From contig CAJINV010000009.1 of the NCBI GenBank assembly GCA_905178155.1, positions 3,015,373 to 3,079,372 on the forward strand: a stretch of 64,000 nucleotides of DNA, written 5' to 3'. Below are positions 58,475 to 64,000 of the stretch, one piece after another. Under the pieces are notes generated by a model. That model did no database searches and was not told the DNA's origin. It saw nothing but the letters and a program-made list of their open reading frames with translations. The first letter of the stretch is position 1; each line of letters begins with the position of its first letter. This DNA is from Amoebophrya sp. A120 (lineage: Eukaryota; Protista; Dinoflagellata). The position numbers were made by a program, and so were the translations under genes.

Positions 58475-60462
58475 CCTCTTCGCCCTTTCCTCTTCGCCCT
58501 TCTTGGGTGCTTTTTCTCCTTCTCTTTGGCACCTCCGTCCCGGCTTCCACCCTCCTCCCCTTCCCACTTGCTGCCTGCCCTTCCCCCCCCTCCGGCTTCC
58601 CCCTTTCTGCGCTGCGGCCCCCCACCTCCCCCGCTCGCTCCCTCCCCCTTTGCCTCCTTTCCCACTCACGCCCGCCCCCTGCTCTAGAGTCTGTGGTCCT
58701 GGCTACAGAAAGCAACGCGGCTGCGTTCGATTACAAATACTGCGGTCACACGGATAATAGCTAGTATGAAATTAATATAAATACGTCAAGGATGCAATAT
58801 GGTAGATCTTTCTTGTAAAGGTAGCTTGATATGACGTCGAGTGTGCTCAAATAAAAATACATGTCATGGCGTCGCAAGATACATCTTGGGGAAGTTCTTT
58901 CGCTAAGTAAGTATCGACATAAATAATCCAAATCGCCGTCTCTTGTCAAGACCACACGTCCTAGCAGGTAGAAACAAAGTTCTCGCAAAAAAAAACTTTG
59001 GTTCGTTATGTTGATGCTTTGAGTCAGGAGCTTCTTCACAGAATGGTTTTACAATGCCTCGATAAAGATGCCGAAGCTTATTTTTCAAAAGGACTGAACG
59101 GAATTTTTTCTTACACTCGAAATCGAATCATGTTGCACAAAACTAGGGCGGTAAAATCGACGATGCTACTTACTAAGCTCAGTCAGAAGCTGAAGCAGAA
59201 CTTCACGCAGATCGTGCGCTGATAGTAGACTAGAACCTTCGCTACCCGCTCGGGAGCACTGTATCTGGTCCCCTTTTTACAGGGGTGGTCGTGGTAGATC
59301 TCGTTCCATGGTAAGTAACACACCGTTCGTCACAGATTGCTAACGCTTTTGTTCTGAAGCAGAACGAAGACCACTTTCTCTTTCATCTACAGCTTGTTGG
59401 CGACGCAAAAATTGTACTTATGTAGAGATCCTTCTTCTTGCAATATCAACCGTACAACTACAACTACTTACCCGGACCTACCACTATGATCGTTCCGCCA
59501 CCAAGCAGATCACGTTTGCTGTGCTGTCTCTCCTCAAGAGATGAGAAGTTGTACCATTCCGCAATGCTAAATTTGGCGCATTCTTTCACCTCACCCGCCA
59601 CCGTGCCTGGCGCGCCAAGCGCAAAAAACTTTTTCGCTAATGTTCATTTTTGATCAGTACATGACACGGAAAATTCATGAGGTCAGGGTCTCTGCTCCTC
59701 TCTTTTGTCTCTTAGCATCATAAACTGGAAGACCACGATGATGATCCTAGGTCTTCCTATGCACGACCTCCGGGAAATCGGAAATCGTTGTAGTAGCTTC
59801 TGCTACAGGTTGTACTATTCTGTAGAGCTTCAAGAAACCGAAACTCATTGATACAAAAATTCAATAGGAGTACGCTTGTTCAGATTTTCTACCACAGCGA
59901 TGATCCTTAGTAGGTTTTAATTTTTCGATTCGGGGGTAGAACGACTGGACTTCTTTGCAACATCAAGATGTACTAAGTAGTGTTGAAATTTTTATGTTGA
60001 TGAATACGTACAAGTTTAGAGAGAGAGAAACTGTTGGCGCGTAAAAATATTAACCTCTAAAAATTCATAAATTGCGTGCGTATCATGCTACTTTCTTCAC
60101 CTTCTCTATCCATTGAAATGGGGTACTTAGACAAGGGGAAGTGTTGCTTTAAGCAGACTGACACTTCAGTTTTGATTGATTACAATTTAACGGTCGCGTA
60201 CTATCGTAGAATTTAGGCACAAGCACAACCTGCGGAATGGTATGCTGCAATGGTGCCTGCAACTTCGTGTCACCGCGAGTAGTTGCTAACTTCCTTCAAT
60301 GATACTCGGGCTTCTGTGACAATCTGCAACTGGCTTTTGTTTTTCTTTTTCGCACTATCGTCGGTAAACTTTACTCCCCTTGATGCCCTGCGAAGGACCA
60401 CGATCCCATAGACGTGAACTTCTATGGGATCCATAGGTCGGTAAAATTCACCTCCCTATCCC

Positions 60463-63400
60463 TCACGGCAGCGCGTCTCTATCAAAGTGAAAAAAGTCCC
60501 TACCCCAAATCGGAAACGGAAGATGCGCGAATTTGTGATGCTGTATTTGAGTACACAAATCGACTTGTATTGCTAGAAGGCCAAGAGACGAAGCTGCGGC
60601 CTAAATTGCAGGCAGTCTGTCATGCTGTTTCCCACTTCCAGATGCCTCCTGTCATCCTGGAGCTGCAAGGCTTTCCTACGCTAGGCAGCACTACAGTCCG
60701 CATCTTTTGCCTTCTAGCATCACAAAGCTGATTTCTGACCCCAAATCTGCATCACAGATTTCCGTTTTGATATGGGGAGGGGGCATTTTTCATTGTAATA
60801 GTCTCGGAAGCAGGTCATGATTTTCGACCCTTCGACGCCCGTCAGGGTCGCGTATCATTTGTAAAAGCGTCCCCATACCAGAGTCAAGATGGGGATTTTG
60901 CAACACAAACCTTGAAGTTTTGGGACCCACACATGACAAATTGCTGGCTATATTGTAGTGCAGTTTAGCAAGGAAAGCCGCATAACAAATCCATCTGCTT
61001 ATCCTGTTTACAGCATTACAAGTTCCAAAACACAATGGTAAATACTTACCTCTCATGGGGATGCGCATTACAAGCGCTCTTGTGCTTACAGATCTGCATG
61101 ACAACTCTGGGGCGGGATGTTGTTTTTACACAGGATATCGCGTGACACACGGTCAGTGTCAACATCGCCGACGTTTTGTCGTCCTGTAGTCGCCCGACGC
61201 CCAGAATCCCGGTGGTGGCTTTTGGCAGCACCGGGATCATATCAAATGCAAAAATGTCTGGGTCTGGAAGGTTCTGAGACTTGTCATGTTTTGCATGACC
61301 CAGGATGTTTGTAATGCGCGACCTAGCATCACAGCTTTCTAGAGGGCTTCCTGATGCCTACTCCGCATGACAAACGCCCTCCACGCGTAGCACAAACTTC
61401 TAGACTCCTCTTGCTGGTCATGCAATACAGATTTTTTTAGAGTCCAAAGTTAGCATCACAAGTTCTAACCTTCCAGACCCAGACATGGTTGCATTTGATA
61501 AATCACCATCTGCGGCGCGTCCTTGCCCAGGCTGGAAACAGTGAAGCTATGCATTGCAAAAGTATCGCAAGAATCTTCGTAGTCCTCCTTGCATTACAAA
61601 TTTTCTCAGCATGACGAGAAATAAAATTTGTAATGCTGGTTTGGCTAAGGAAGGGCACTTGTCATGCATGATTGCAATGATCACTACGAGCACGATACAC
61701 TTTTGCACTGGATAGAAGCACACCTTCGACAGGTCCTGGTCTTCCGCCGGCAACTTGGCGCCGAGGGCAACCATGCGGGCTAAGTCGTCCTTGATTTCTA
61801 TCCTAAGCAAAAACGTCCCCACCCCATAGTCGAGTTGGGAATCTAGCAAGACAAGTCTCCAAGTTTTGGGAGCGGCGCATGACAAGTTTCCGTCTGCATT
61901 ATAGTGCTGGTTGGCAAGGGAAGCCGCACGAGAAAGCAATTTTCTCATCGTGTTTACAGCATTACAAATTCCAAAACGCGATTGGTAATGCCTCTCATGG
62001 AGCTGCGCATTACAAATGTTCCTGTCACTGCACATTTGCATGACAACTCTGGGGTGGGGACGTTTTTCCTCAGAATAATTTCGGTCAAAGATTTGCCGTA
62101 GGCGTCCTTGATCACCGCGGTCCTGAGCTGTCCCGCGACGTCAATGGCGCATGCAAGAAAAAACTGTTATGTGTAAGTTTGTGATGCACAAAATGCAAAA
62201 CAGTCACACTTGTCATGCCAAACACACAACATGAAGCTCTCTTTTCATCATGCGTGTTTTCACGTACTAGCTGAGCATGACAAACTTTCTCTGTCAACAT
62301 GCGGAGGAAGTTTGTCATGCTGTCACTCCAAGACTCCTTTACACCAACACTTTTCTTTCTTGCATATGGCGCAGCCGATGTTCACCGTATCGTGGTAAAT
62401 CATTTCCTCGCGGTTTTTGCTCAGCCGGTGGTTCATGCCGGAGTGTTGTGCCGCCTCCGCCATCGCCTTGATTAAAACGATCACTGGGGAAACACCTGTT
62501 GTAGAGGTTTGTACGTCATGGATTCTAGTCTATTTTCCAGTACAAATAAGTTCTTTTCCAAAAATCACAAGAACATGCATATTCATCATGCTGACAGGTT
62601 ATAGTACTGGCTCGCAATCAATATACATCACATCCTAGTCGTACAGTACTAGATACTATCAAGTGAAAAAATGTCTGGGTCTGGAAACTTGTGATGCTGA
62701 GTGGCGTAGCATGAGGAGGCCACAAGTGCTGGCTCAGCATGACAAGTTTCTGAGCTTGTAGGTGTTGCCTATTCTGCATGACAAACTGCGTCTCCGCATG
62801 ACAGAAAAAAACGTCTCTTGGGCAATGTGCATGACAGATTTAAGAGTCATGCCAGACAAGCATGACAAACATGGATTCTTCCAGACCCAAACATTTTTAC
62901 ATTTGATATATACCTTCGCTCTTCGCCTTCGTGATGATCTTTTTGAAGTCCACCGTCTCCGCTATCAAATGCAACTAGGTCTGAGTCTGGAAACTTGTAA
63001 TGCTGAACGATCATCATGATTGAGCAGTGCGCAGCGCCTTTATGCGCAGTGAAGCATGACGAATTCTTCTTTCTCATGGGTAGCACGCATTACAAACTGC
63101 GATTTATTTGCATGACGGAAATAATGTAGTGCTTGTTTATTTGTTGCTCATGCAATACAGATTTTTGAGGAATGCGACACACACAACACAGGTTCAAACT
63201 TTCCAGACCCTGACATTATCTTTGCAATGCATATCCACCAGGAAGAAGCAGTTCGTGTCCAAATTTCCAACGCTCTACGAATTGCAAAAATGTCTGGGTC
63301 TGGAAGATTGCAACTTGTGATGCTGTCTTTAGATTCCAAAAAAGTCTGTGCTGCATGACCAGCAAAAGGAGTCCAGTTTGTGCTGCGCGGAGAGGGCATT

Positions 63401-64000
63401 TCTCATGCGGAATACGCACCAGAAAGCCCTCCCAAAATCTGTGATGCTAGGCCATGCATTACAGGCATCACGTGTCATGCAAAATGTGCATGACAAACCT
63501 GGCACTCTTCCAGACCCAGACACTTTTGCATTTGATACGCTCATGTTTTTCACCATAGCCTGTTGGAAGCGCGACAGTTTTCGCCTTCCCCCGTCCCCAA
63601 CGGACGACTTCCTGGCGAATTTGCCACTGGCACTCTGCGCCGGCGTCGGGGCACCGGCTGCCGGGGCGGGTGTGGAAGCCGCCGGCGCGGGGGTAGACGC
63701 GGCCGCCGCGGGAGCTGCTGCGGGAGCACTGCCCATCGCTTGCACGCTGCAGATGTTGGTCTCGTCGCCCGTAACATTGATTTCCTTGTTCTCTTCCACA
63801 AAGTATGAACCGCAAAAGTATTTTACTAGTAGTAATTGCAATACTTACAAATGAGCTCAGCATGACAAATGGAATTTGTCATGCTGTTTGGAATTGGGAT
63901 AGAGATTTGTAACGCATGGCTGCGATTACTACGAGTACGATACTTTTGCACAGGATACAAAGTACTCCTTCACAACTCCATCCACAGGCGAAGTGATCTC
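60463..64000 (-). CDS. 2-oxoacid dehydrogenase E2 (dihydrolipoamide acyltransferase)-like protein, 5'-partial (gene 8); 10 introners and 1 GT-AG intron
   Basis: Spliced: ITSPVDGVVKEYFVEENKEI (end of lipoyl domain), Ala/Pro linker, RKLSRFQQAMVKNM...IKAMAEA...VNIGCAIDVAGQLRTAVIKDAYGKSLTEI...FTVSSLG...ILGVGR...LTLTVCHATLTGVEGSKIMTCFRDALP*. Confidence 0.85.
60480..60800. mobile_element. Introner, family C
   Basis: TIRs, TSD GTCTC. Confidence 0.87.
60853..61137. mobile_element. Introner, family B
   Basis: TIRs, TSD TCGCG. Confidence 0.9.
61240..61500. mobile_element. Introner, family A
   Basis: TIRs, TSD GATCA/AATCA; sister of 4045. Confidence 0.87.
61548..61714. mobile_element. Introner, family E
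   Basis: TIRs, TSD GAAGC. Confidence 0.88.
61799..62077. mobile_element. Introner, family B
   Basis: TIRs, TSD ATTTC. Confidence 0.92.
62150..62366. mobile_element. Introner, family D
   Basis: TIRs, TSD TGGCG. Confidence 0.88.
62496..62913 (-). other. Canonical GT-AG intron containing an introner
   Basis: AAG|GTATA...AACAG|GT; removal gives KAKSE-GVSPVIVLIKA in frame. Confidence 0.8.
62657..62908. mobile_element. Introner, family A, at the donor of the canonical intron
   Basis: TIRs, TSD GATAC/TATAC. Confidence 0.88.
62963..63233. mobile_element. Introner, family A
   Basis: TIRs, TSD TCCGC/TCCAC. Confidence 0.87.
63276..63537. mobile_element. Introner, family A
   Basis: TIRs (left end TAC), TSD CGCTC. 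Confidence 0.9.
63804..63957. mobile_element. Introner, family E
   Basis: TIRs, TSD CAAAG. Confidence 0.87.

Noticed and set aside
57669-58757. ORFs spanning the gap
   Set aside because: Artefacts of the N run.
58760-60400. Possible gene in the AT-rich stretch
   Set aside because: Only short ORFs, no recognisable motifs and no introners; treated as intergenic or UTR.
2815-63419. Many short ORFs containing FQTQTFLHLI, CKNVWVWK, PDPDIFAFD, MSGSG, GEGGFF or KNVPTP
   Set aside because: They are translations of introner TIRs, not a protein repeat family.

Overview
Eukaryotic genomic DNA. The architecture suggests the parasitic dinoflagellate Amoebophrya (Syndiniales); this is an inference, with no database check. 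All supported protein genes lie on the minus strand. Most are interrupted by non-canonical 'introner' insertions: I counted 83 complete copies plus 3 partial or degenerate ones. A typical copy is 150-335 bp with TAT...ATA termini, family-specific terminal inverted repeats (TIRs, at least 9 types), a 5-bp target-site duplication (TSD) and no GT-AG ends. Removing each element plus one TSD copy restores the reading frame. This rebuilds a 2301-aa type-I membrane protein from 40 introns (2432-23493), two paralogues, an EF-hand-like secreted protein, a hypothetical protein and a divergent 2-oxoacid dehydrogenase E2. Three genes have no introns: a GHKL-type ATPase and two integrase-repeat/nuclease-like paralogues. 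The most novel-looking layer is a set of secondary elements inside the introners. These include a structured SINE-like retro-insert found twice at the introners' shared internal motif TGTNATGC, poly(A)- and (TGA)n-tailed retro-inserts, and a GC-rich element with a conserved terminal hairpin. Also present: a 3x766-bp tandem repeat beside an empty insertion site, a 4-kb satellite island and a 670-N gap. Most short ORFs in the supplied track are artefacts of introner sequence.
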